A stretch of DNA of 64,000 nucleotides from Strigamia acuminata. Taxonomy: Eukaryota. The DNA is taken from contig OX442314.1 of the NCBI GenBank assembly GCA_949358305.1, forward strand, positions 11,160,001-11,224,000, in the 5' to 3' direction. Below, piece by piece: positions 33,486-44,615 of the stretch (positions are counted from its first letter, which is position 1; every line of letters starts with the position of its first letter). The position numbers and the translations under genes were made by a program. A model generated the notes under the pieces. That model ran no database searches and was not told the origin of the DNA. It saw only the letters and a list, made by a program, of their open reading frames with translations.

Positions 33486-34826
33486 TCAGTCGATCATCAA
33501 CGATCGGACGAATACGTCGCCGCCGACTCGGAATCGATCGATTTGAGAATAGGACAATCTGTGTTGATAATTGCACAGATATTGTCCGTTGACGAAAACT
33601 ACAAAATGGTTACTCTCGCACGTGATCTTCAAATCGAAATTGGTGTTTGGCTCGAACACAAACTTGAACAAATCACGCTCTTCTACGCCCCAAGTGTTAT
33701 TAATCTTCGTGTTCCTAACGACCGCTTGTTCTGGGAACCGAACACTGATGTGAAGAGCAATGTCTCCAGCTCGTCCGAATTCACCGCCGAAAAATAAATC
33801 GATATTAAACCTAAAAATAAAGAAAACGATCAAAAAATGACAAAAGATAATAAAAAAGTACAGTAAAAACAATCAGAAATGACGTAAACGATCAAAAAAT
33901 TACAAAAACTATAAAAAATATAAACATCCGCCATTTTACCAATGGGCCTTTGAGTTAGGCCTAGCAGACATGTAAATCATGGTTCCCAGGCGCACCGTAC
34001 CTCCTCGAATTGGAGTTTCAAAAGGCACTGTCTAAGAATAAACATATTTTTTCCAATAAATATCAATTTTTAAGGTTTCATTTTATTTTAAAAACCAAAT
34101 TGTATTTAATCGGTGAAGGCTTTTGCGGTTTTGGCAGTGGTGGTGACTTTGGCAGGGAGTATTGTCCTTCGTGTAGCATAATCCTGTCAACAACCACATC
34201 TTTTAACACCTGCAAAGTGTCGACTCGTTGGTAAGGAATTCGATGTTTGTACTCAATGTAATGTTTTTCATTCACAGCGACCTAAAAAACAATGATATCT
34301 TGACATTTGTTTGTTAATCGTTATCAGTTACTCGATATACCATGTAACTTTCTGACTTGATTAAAATCATTATTTCAAACGCTTGTCCTCTTTGGAATGG
34401 AAGAATTGAATTTGGATTGCTCTTTTCTTCCGGGCCCCAACCATTTTGGAACGTATTTAGCGCAGTATAATTTTGGTACATACGTGGGTTGAAGTGAAAG
34501 GCGACCGCCGATCTTTTATCTGGTATTTCGTAGTTTGGACCTAGTGCAAAGTTGATTTCAAATCTGAAACCAAAACCGAAACCGAATTTTTACTTTTGGG
34601 ACGTTTTTTATTGGAAAAATTCTTTTTACTCTTTAGCTGATGGTGGTATTGAGCCGTCGATGACTATCATGTTGCCTGGATATAATTCATTAAGGAATTT
34701 GTCTATAAAAGGTTGCGCCTATGTTGTGTGGAAGAAAAATTAAACCGTTAGAAAGTTGAGTATAATTTACTGTTTGTTTACGGCTGTAATTACGGGTTTG
34801 AGGATTGGTTGCGTCGGGACCAGCAT
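33486..34826 (-). CDS. Tandem-repeat (two-CRD) galectin, copy 1, 315 aa; exons 34826-34794, 34718-34630, 34563-34341, 34281-34096, 34031-33940, 33810-33486
   Basis: N-CRD AFHFNPR...NT...WGPEEK, Pro-rich linker, C-CRD IALHISVRF...VVRNT...WGVEER; exon phases sum to 948 nt. Confidence 0.93.
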
Positions 34827-35973
34827 ATTGTATCGGAATGTTTCTGGTGGGAGAAAATATAAGTGTTAAAGCGGGAATTTGTTGAAAATTGTAGTAGTGT
34901 ATACCGTATGGGAAGATAACACGAACTGAGCATTCCTCACAATCGTAATCACGTGTTGCAGAACCAATAAGTTTTGACTAGCATCAGACCTACACTGCAA
35001 CATTTTTTGTTTGTTATAGTTATAATTAAGTTACAGGTATTTTTTATAGTCGGAATTTTATTTTAATTTAAATAAATTTCTTAAAATGCGGTTTATTTTT
35101 CTTAAATGTGGTTTTAAATATTTAAAATTTTTAAAATTTTGCCGTTGGTTTAGGTCTTCTGTTAGAACCACATAAGTTGTTTAAAATATAAAACTTTTTT
35201 TTTCTTAATATTAATAATTTTTTGATTGAAGACCCAGGTTTTACAAATTGACATTAAAAACAAAGCGATTTTTTCAAAAATTTTAGTTTTTGATATTTAA
35301 TCAAGTACGGATACGGATTAATCAACCGGAAGTTAGCAGTTCTCAAAAAATTAATTTCGTTCATTAAAAAAAAAATTAATTTCGTTCATTAAAAAAAAAA
35401 TTAATTTTGTTCATTAAAAAAAATTAATTTCGTTCATTAAAAAAAATCAATCTTTACAAAAACATCCTGCACAGACGTATTTTTGGTGTCTAAAGACTAA
35501 AATGCTCTTTTTAGATAACAGAAGTGGTCAACTTTTGGAAAAAATGTACGGTACGTATAAAAAACAATAGTTTTTAATTTAATTTTGTTCCATTGATTTG
35601 GCATGTGAAGATACAATAATACTTTTTTTTAGTGGAAAAATGTTTATTCAGGAACGAAAGAAAAGCAAAATAATTTTTGAAACAATAAAAATACGAAAAA
35701 TTTTAAACGGCCTGGCTGTAAATTTTACAAATCCTAGTACAGTTTTGAAGACAACTTTCCCTCTAATATTATCATCTTCAATTCACAATTGAACTGGAAT
35801 TGGTATATTTACGATTTTCTCACAAAATTCGATCACAATCACAAAAAAAATTCATTCATTTTGAAAACAATTATAAAAATATAAACTTTACAAATCGGTG
35901 TAGGTCTTCTACTAACCCCCCCCAAAAAAATTCGATTCGAATCTATTAACTTTCTGAAACAAAATTTCTAGTC

Positions 35974-36590
35974 TCAAGTCGGCAAACCAACCAACCCAAG
36001 ATAGTCATCCATTATCGTCGCGATCGCGAACACTTCATTCGCTTCGATCCTAATCCCAAACAGCCTGACCCGAATTTCGTCAGATTCATTAATGACAATA
36101 TCTTCGGTTTTGGTCTTGAAACACGGCGGATTGCTCACAGCATCGTATTGCAAATCCTCCGGCATTGACCGATACGATACGAAACATCTGAGCGGGCCTA
36201 TTTCGGCGAAAATGCCGATCTTGGTCACTTGAGTGACCACCGCATCCGAAACTTCGCCTTTGAACGGTTTCAACACGATCGCTTTGTATTTAACGGGATA
36301 AATAACGAATCCTCTTCCAGGTCGAATGAATCCCACTCCGATATTATCGATGGCCGTGATCGCGATCACAATTCCGTATCTCCCGGAAGTGCTGCCTTCG
36401 ACTTCACTGTACAATTTTTGTCTCACAGTCTCCAATAATTGTGGGCCGAAGTAGCGCGGATGAACCATCACTTCGTGCTCCAGCGAAATCTACATAAGAA
36501 AAAATTCGGCAAATATTAAAAATCGAGAATTTTCAATAAATTTTTCATTTTTTTCAATTAAATATTTAAATAACTTACGTGGTAGAACAT
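35974..36590 (-). CDS. POLR2G: RNA polymerase II subunit RPB7 (divergent); exons 36590-36579 and 36489-35974
   Basis: [20 protein letters not shown]...PFKGEV...EIGPL...SNPPC...MDDYLGL, with the conserved intron after MFYH. Confidence 0.95.
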
Positions 36591-37309
36591 TGTTTTCGTT
36601 ACGGCGGTGGCTAATTTGATGGAATTGGAAACAAACAAAAAAGAGTGTTTTCTTAATTTTTAAATCGGCGCACTTTCAATATGGCGACGATTCAAATTTT
36701 ATTCCCAACCCAAGTATTGAAACTTGGAAATATATTTATTTCTTTTTCAATACGAATTGTCCAGACTCCAGACTGATGATGGACTAATTTATTGCTAGTT
36801 GAAATTCACAGTGGACCTTGCGTTACGACGATAACGTTGTATTTGCGTAAATTCGTAATGTTACGTCACGATCAGATGTGGGCTGATCCTGGCGGTAATT
36901 TTTGAGGATTTTTATAAAAACCATTTTTTGTTGTTTTTATTTGCAAGACATATCAAAAAAATCTAAAAATTCATGTACGTAATATGTGACAGTGTATTCG
37001 TGTCCTCTGCATTTAGCACCAAATTCAAATTCGTGTCTGTCATCGATACTTCATGATACTGATGGAGCGCGGCGAGTCCATCTTCGTTGGTCGAATTAGG
37101 GTTGACTCCATTTAAGCAGCTCCAAGCAGAAATAAATAAAACATGATTTGTTTTCCGTTTTATTCAACCAACACTTGTTTAACATATATTACACAAGAGT
37201 TATTGGCTGTAGATTAATTTTATCACGCATTTACGTATTTTTCAAATGGATTTAATCGCGTGATAACAAATGGTGCGAGAAAATGGCCGAACGAATGCAC
37301 CAAACGAAA

Positions 37310-38540
37310 TTAAGCGAAAGTGATGCTGTCGATGTCGACGTCGCCAAGAATTCGCATATTAGTAGCTTGATTGTACGGTAGTCGATGTGGGAAGTAACAA
37401 AAAAGCTTATTGTTCGTAGAAATCGTGTAGTAATCCTGTTCGCAGGCAATTTTCAAACTAAATCGTGATTCGGGCTCAAAATGACAAAATGGCGTCTCGT
37501 TCTGTTCTTCGCCCCACCTTCCGCCGACGAATGCATTCCGCACGACAAATCGTTTCGTACCAAAACGCGGATTAAAATGTAATAAGATGTCGCCCGTCGT
37601 TTTATTATACAAATCAACGTGAAATCTACGCAAAAAAGAAAACCCAAAATTTTATAATTTTGAAATATAAATTAAAATAAATAATTAAACCGCTCGGGAT
37701 TCGTTTTCGGATGTCCAACAATCGTTATCTCTCTTCCGAGCCCCATCCAGCTGTGAATTGGGTAATCGAATGGTATCGGCTAAGTATCATTAAAAACATT
37801 AAATTTTTTGTTAAGAATTCATTCCTAATTTAATAAAAAATTAATTTCAGACCGGGAAATTGAAATGCGGAGGTGCGGTGTGCAAGAGCACTTTCTCAAT
37901 TATGACGTCACCGATGACTTGCAGTGTGTTTATGTTTTCATACGGCAAGCGATGCACATAGTCGCAGAAATGATGTCCATTTACACCTATCTGTAGTGAA
38001 TTCGGAAAAGAGAGAATTGAAATTACCAACACGAGCAGCCATACGGTATAAATTATACGATATATATACAAATTCATATTTACCTTGAATTCGTGCGGTT
38101 CCAATAGAAACGTCAATTGAAATTGATGGTCTCTTTCTAAAGTCATAGTTCCGTTCCGTTCTTCTTCTCCCCAACCGTGTTCAGGTGAATACGAGTTTCT
38201 GCAAATCACATTCACGTGAAAGCGAGGATTGAAGTGAAGCGCCGTTGCTGAGCGGTTTTTTTCGTCGTGATTCGGTCCAGAAGCAAAATTAACTTGAAAT
38301 CTGGCTCCAAAATAGCAATTATTAACAAGTTTTCTATTTCTTTCATTTTATGTTTTACCCTTCAGCATAATTTGGTACAGATCCATCGATAGTAATAAGG
38401 AATTCTGGCTGCAGAGGCGATTCGAATGTGCCAACGTATGGAACTTCCTGTCGAGCAATGCAAATAACTATGAACTTGCCAGGTGTTGTACACGTTTAAA
38501 ACCAACTTACTGGGTGAATAACGGGCTGAAAAGGTCGCAT
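37310..38540 (-). CDS. Tandem-repeat galectin, copy 2 (six coding exons)
   Basis: MRPFQPVIHP first exon; N-CRD ALHFNPRF...RNS...WGEEER; C-CRD LLHFNPRF...VVRN...WGEEQ; same exon layout as copy 1. Confidence 0.93.
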
Positions 38541-40257
38541 TTTTATTTATTTTGTAAATTTGTTTTTAATTATGTTTTTTTCTTGTGTGTTCTGTGTTCA
38601 CTTAAATAATTCGACTTTAAATTTGGAGTTATTTTGATGAGCAGAGACGATGGGAGACTCCGCTTAAACTCCTGCAGCACAGAACCGTGTTCCAGTTGCA
38701 GGTTTGTTTATATTTTTATACAATAGGGTTTATTTATACAATACCTCCGCAATTATCGCATCATAATTCTTGCAGATGATTGTTCCAGACAACACCACTT
38801 TACTACCATAGAATTTGTTTGATTCTTCTCTATTCTATCTTCTCTATCCTTCTCACGCATTTGACAAGCCAGGTTCGTGTTGTCGATATCCGATGGGCGG
38901 CTTGAGTATTGCCCAAACAAATGGTGGAACATGTGGCTTGCAGAAGTTATTGTCCCTCTGATTCCTGCCGCGAGTGGGCGCTCCATGGCCAGGTTGTACA
39001 CTACAACCCGATAGTTTCATGTGGCATAGTAAACAACAGTCCCACAAACCCCACAAGTCGCATACCACTATAAGAACACACAAAAGCATGTCGCGCGCAC
39101 GTTAGCAGACGATGCGAGTTGCCATTTTAAGCCACAAATGGCCAAGGCTACCAGAGCGCCAAAGCTGTCAAATGTTTTTTGTCAACTGAAGTGCTTCTTA
39201 GGCTGCAAGCGTGGACCCAGAGTCTGAAATGTTGTACAAACACTACACGAACGAGAAGTGAAAGAGCCCGACCGAGATGTGAGTGTTTGGACGGACGCCA
39301 CGTAGTCAGGGGAGGGCCACAAGGCGCGGGATGCAACACACACAGTGAATCAATTCACGAAATACACAAAAGACACAAGTTTAGGTTTTGGTTATTGCTT
39401 TATTGTTGTCTAGGGGTATGATGGTGTCTCAAGGTGTATTTCCCAATTGTAATGGCTGCCTAGCAGCCATTCCTGATCGCCATGACACACGAGGTCGTTT
39501 TAATGCAGTACGGCCGCGTCGTCGTAACGTTCTTAAGAACGTACGACGAACACGGCGTCTTGGACGCTCAGGTCCCGATGGGTGACAGAGTCGCCACGCC
39601 GATCGTTCGGGTTGCTCTTGCAATTAGTCGTGGAGAGACAGTTGGGATGCGACCGTTCGTCACGCTAATCCAGAATTAACTGCCTGGGCCACTGCAGGGC
39701 CCACTCACTTCCGGGTCCCTATTGGTCAAGCCAACGGCCCACAGCTCCTCCTGATTGCGGGGAACCGCAACAGGTTGCACGAGACACACATGATGTGCGA
39801 GAGCTGTATTGGGTGCCTTGTGTTGCAGGCAAGTGATCAGCCTGCTCGGGCAGCTGGTCACAAAGAAACCAACCCCAAGAAGCGACCCGATGTGCTTTCC
39901 ACGAAATTACGAATTGAACAAACCAATAATGTCCAGAATAAGCAAATTTCATGTGTTTGTATGTCTCTATAGGTGAATAAGTGCAATTAGTGAATTGTGG
40001 GCATTTTATATGCTGAACGGGCGAAATACCTCGTAAGTATACATTCAATTTGCTTATGGCAGGTAGAAAAAATTTAGTATTGTATAATTCTGGTTGTTTA
40101 AAATTGTGAAATTTTGAATAGAAGTTTGGAATATATTTCGGATTTTATTTCACTAACAGCCCATATACTTAACTAGACACTAAATAAACTGGTTGATTTA
40201 TTCGCGAAATGTAGCGAGAAAATGGCCGAAAAAATGAGGCAGCAATCACAATGACAA

Positions 40258-41544
40258 TTAAGCGAAATTGATGCTTTCGATGTCGACATCGCCAACAATT
40301 CGGATATTAGTCGCTTGATTGTACGGCAGTCGATGTACGAAGTAACAAAAATGTTTCCCGTTCGTAGAAATCGTATAAAAATCCGCCTCGCAAAGAATTT
40401 TCATAGTAAATAGCGCATCGGGCTGAAAATTGCAAAATGGCGTTTCGGTCTGTTCTTCGCCCCACGTTCCGTCGATGTACGCATTCCGCGCAATATATGG
40501 TTTATCGCCAAAATACGGATTGAAGTGCAACAGGATATCGCCTGTTGATTTGTTATACAATTGAACGTGAAATCTATAAACAAAAAAAATCATAATTTTG
40601 AAATAATAAATTGAAATAAATAGACAAACCGCTGGGGTTTCAATTTCGGACGTCCGATAATCGTTATCTCTCTTCCGAGCCCCATCCAGCTGCGAATTGG
40701 GTAATCGAATGGTATTGGCTAAGTTTCATTAAAATATTTGTAATTTTTTGCTAAAAATCATTTTCTAATTTTAAAAAAATATTAATTTTTAGAACCGGGA
40801 AATTGAAATGTGGAGGTGCGGTGTGCAGAAGCACTTTCTCGATTGCAATGTCACCGACGATTTGCAGCGTGTTAACGTCTTGATACGGCAATCGATGCAG
40901 ATAGTCGCAGAAATGATGCCCATTTATGCCAATCTGTTGCGAATTCGGAAATTACCAACACAAAATAATAATTTATTTTTATTTTTATTTTTACCTTGTA
41001 GTCGTACGATTCCGTGAGCAACGTCATTTGAAATGGACGGTTTTTTTCTATAGTCATAGCTCCTGTCCGTTCTTCGTTCCCCCAACCGGTTAAGGGTATA
41101 TACGTGTTTCTGACAATTTCTTTTTTTTTAAAACTAGTTTTAAAGTGAAGCGCCGTTAGTGAGCGGTTTCCCTCGTCAAAATTCGGTCCGGAAGCGAGAT
41201 TAACCTGAAATCTGGTGACAAAATTATTAACAAGTTTTCTATTTTATTTCTGCATTTTCTTTTCTACCCTTCAGCATAACTTGGCACAAATCCATCGATT
41301 GTAATTAGTAATTCTGGCTCCAGACCCGCTTCGAGTTTGGCAACAAATGGGATTTCCTATCAAGTGTCGAACAATAGACAAAACTTTGAATTTGCTTAGT
41401 TGTATAAGTTTAAAATCATCTTACTGGTTGAATAAGGGGCTGAAAAGGTTGCAGTACTTTCGGTATTGACATAGTTGACTCCGTTGTCGCTATCGACGTT
41501 AACGTTGTTAACGAAATTGTCGAAAATGATCTGTATTTCGTCAT
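40258..41544 (-). CDS. Tandem-repeat galectin, copy 3, with altered binding motifs and an N-terminal extension
   Basis: MTKYRSFSTISLTTLTSIATTESTMSIPKVLQPFQPLIQP| then N-CRD ALHFKTSF...VRNT...WGNEER and C-CRD LLHFNPYF...ARN...WGEEQ. The start could be the second Met near 41472. Confidence 0.88.
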
Positions 41545-42494
41545 TTAGCTGGTAAGAGAAGAAATGATTTAAGAAATTAGTGGGATTACAATATACTACA
41601 AAGTATTTACGCTTTATTTTTTGTATCCAGATATTGATCATAGTTTTTTGCTCCGATACGTGTTTACTTCGATAATTCGACTCTAAATTTGGAGTTGTTT
41701 CGATACGTGTTTACTTCGATAATTCGACTCTAAATTTGGAGTTGTTTCGATGGCCTGAGATGGGAGTCTCTGGGCCGCTCAGAACCGTGTGTTCCAGTCG
41801 CAACCGCTTTATTTTCTAGTTTGTTTATATTTTTGTACAATTGGATTTAGTTATACAATGCAGTAGTTTTCTCTAATTATCGCATTGTTATTCTCGCGGA
41901 TGATTGTTCTAAATAACACCACATTATTGCTTGAGAATTTTAATAGATTTGTCTCTTTTCAGGTGCAGAAAAGGTATCTTCGACTCATTTGACGCATATA
42001 AACGGTGTGGCCATTTTGGTTTAATTTTTTTACACACAGAAATTGACTAGGCGCGCATTTACAATTTTTGTTTATGTCGTTTTTGACGTTTGTAAATACA
42101 GAATGTACACTAAAAACAAGCACCAAAAACCGCTCGCACACTGGAGTTGTTTTTGAAGTGGTTCATGTCGGGTTTTGGTTTTGGCAACTAAACTCAAAAT
42201 GGCTGCCACAAAAGTTACATCGCTTTCAGGCGATGCATCCACCTTCTAAAACGTGAGTAAATGCGTTAATGTGCCTAATTAGGCTTAAAGGGGATAATAA
42301 AACCATAAAGGAGGGTTATAAATCTCCTTGAGAGCAAGGGTGACAAGTAAGGTCAAGAATCTGTCTTGACCATCCACAGTCGGGTGTTGTTGATCATGAT
42401 GAACAACACCATCTAGTGAAAAGTAAACAAGAAGTTGGTTTCCCTGCTGAACAAATCCAACATGGCGACTGACTTGACTTTAAGATTTATATTT

Positions 42495-43309
42495 AACAAG
42501 TAAACATTTGTAATGCAGGGAAGCATTACATATTAGACTTCTAAACCACTTCTACACTTTTCTGTATAGAAATATATCTGTCTGTCTGTCCCTAAATTAA
42601 ACACCAAAATAAAATCACACAAATAAGATCGATTTTTGCTAATAAAAAGTCAAACGTTAATCCGATCGAAAAGTTATTAGCACCATCGTTTTCAGCGGCA
42701 AAATCTACACAGGAAACTTTGTTTAAACATTCTAATCGGTCCTTTTTTCAAAATATTGGGTTTTTTCTTGGTCGATTCCAAATTTTTTCAAAAATTTCCT
42801 ATTCGATCGCCCGCTAAGATCGCCCGAATCGGTACTTTTTCACGACCGAATCGCAATAGAAAAAATACAGGCTTGTGCGGAATTGTCCGCTCTTCAAAAT
42901 GAGCTTGGTTTCAGAATTTTTGGACCTCATTACGACATAGAAAACATCAAAAAACGAATTGCGACGAACATTTTCAAATTTCCCCCTGAATTTCCCATTC
43001 GATCGCCGACTTTGGTGGATTGTAATGCTACTTTTTTTCGACCAAATCAAAATCAAAAAAATACAGGGTGATGCAGATTTTGATTTCCAATCGATTGTGC
43101 TTGGTTCCAGAATTTTTGGACCTTATTTCGATACAGTAAACATCAAAAAACCTATCAGGATGAACATTTCAGCATTCATTGTAGCAAACGGAATCCGCCA
43201 GGTGGCGCTCCGGTTTGTCAAAATGAAGCCGGAAGTGCGCGGACGGACGGACGGACGGACAGAGCCGTTTCATTAGACTTTCTAAACATCAGGTTTAGAA
43301 GTCTAAAAA
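42495..43309 (-). mobile_element. Non-autonomous Helentron-associated (HINE/DINE-1-like) element
   Basis: Minus strand: TTTTTAGACTTCTAAAC sub-TIR forming a 5' stem-loop, (GTCC)n microsatellite, distal sub-TIR GTTTAGAAGTCTAA, short palindrome TGTAATGC-TTCCCT-GCATTACA, CTTGTT end. Inserted in a T-run without TSD and absent from the paralogous site near 61375. Confidence 0.75.
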
Positions 43310-43541
43310 GTACTTATGGCCACGGGTTAATAAATCCACATATATGCCTATGACACGTTAATGACAAATATAGCCTCGAAGCAAGACTTTATTGATACTC
43401 AAACCTTACATGGTGAGGTCGGGGACGGATCACGAAGAAATTTCAAAATAACTATTTTATTTTTATTTTTCTATAATTACTTTTATTGAACCAACAACTG
43501 TTTAACATAATTGTACAGGGGTTAGTGGCTTTAAATTGCTT

Positions 43542-44504
43542 TGTGGTGATCTCAAAATATTCACCAACTTAGAAGATTAAATTAATTATCTTCTAATTAA
43601 TTTGACTGTGGCACACGCCAAGTCAGATCATGTGACCGAGGGGAGAAATCCTCTCTAGGCACATATCACCCCAGGTTGTCCGGGGTGAAAACGGTTATTA
43701 GCCGTTATGGTGCAATATGGTGTAATAACCACTAGTTGCACCCATTTGAGCTAAGTGCGCAGGTTTTCTGCGCAATATTGAAGCGTGCTGGGCTCGCGTC
43801 TTGGCTCAAATCGGGACTCTGAAAAATACAACAACAACCTCAACATCACTGCGATATTTGCTCCGACAATACGTATTGATAGAGGACCGTTGTAACTCAG
43901 TTTCATCTGCTATCTTTGTGTCATCCAAAGCACAAAGCCAGCAATTCAGCTTGAATTAGCCGTCGCTAATTCCAGCTATCGAGAAGAAGAAGTTTCCTGA
44001 TCCAAGTGAACCATCGCCATCGTTGCCGCGCGAACGGCAACCATCGCCATCGTACCTGGACCAGACGCCTACAGCCGTCAACCACCGCCGCCGAGCCGTC
44101 GCACGAGCCGTAGAAGAAACCCACGAGAACCATCGTCTTCGACCATCGTTCGTGAGTTTGCCGAGAACGAAGACATTTGCCTTCGATCAACAACATCTCG
44201 TTGTTTAAGCGCCATTTCTGACGCTTTGTAGCTTGCAACAGTCGTTGCAAGCCCTTCCTTTGTTCCCGCTCATTTATTCTTGCGACTTGTCGCATTCTGT
44301 GATATTTCCATCGTTTTTAATATATATTGTAATTTAAAGAATAAATATTTGTGTGATTTTTATTACCATATTAAATTGTGCCTTTATTTCCCTAAACTTA
44401 ACCCTAGACAAGTTTCGGCCGCGATATAAGTCTTGTAAAGCATTCACCTGCGGTTTCTGCTTAATTTATTAGAAATTAAGTGGATAAAAACCCGGATCGC
44501 AGCA
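43542..44504 (+). repeat. 5' LTR
   Basis: TGTGGTGATC...GATCGCAGCA; no difference from the 3' LTR found by eye; AATAAA near 44340. Confidence 0.97.
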
Positions 44505-44506
44505 CG

Positions 44507-44524
44507 TGGGGGCCCGTCCGGGAT
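44507..44524 (+). promoter_or_regulatory. Primer binding site, tRNA-Pro
   Basis: TGGGGGCCCGTCCGGGAT, one base different from the MLV-type tRNA-Pro PBS TGGGGGCTCGTCCGGGAT. Confidence 0.85.
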
Positions 44525-44615
44525 AGTCATTGTATAACTTTGTTAGTTAAAATTTACCCGCCATTTTTATCTTGCTTATCTTTCTTCTCTATCCTTTCTA
44601 AATCCTCATTGAAAA

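Noticed and set aside
38652..38661. GGGAGACTCC as an NF-kB site upstream of galectin 2
   Set aside because: Fits a loose consensus, but the paralogous positions read GGGAGTCTCT; too weak.
43966..44295. 109-aa antisense ORF in both LTRs
   Set aside because: Duplicated only because the LTRs are identical; no recognisable motif.
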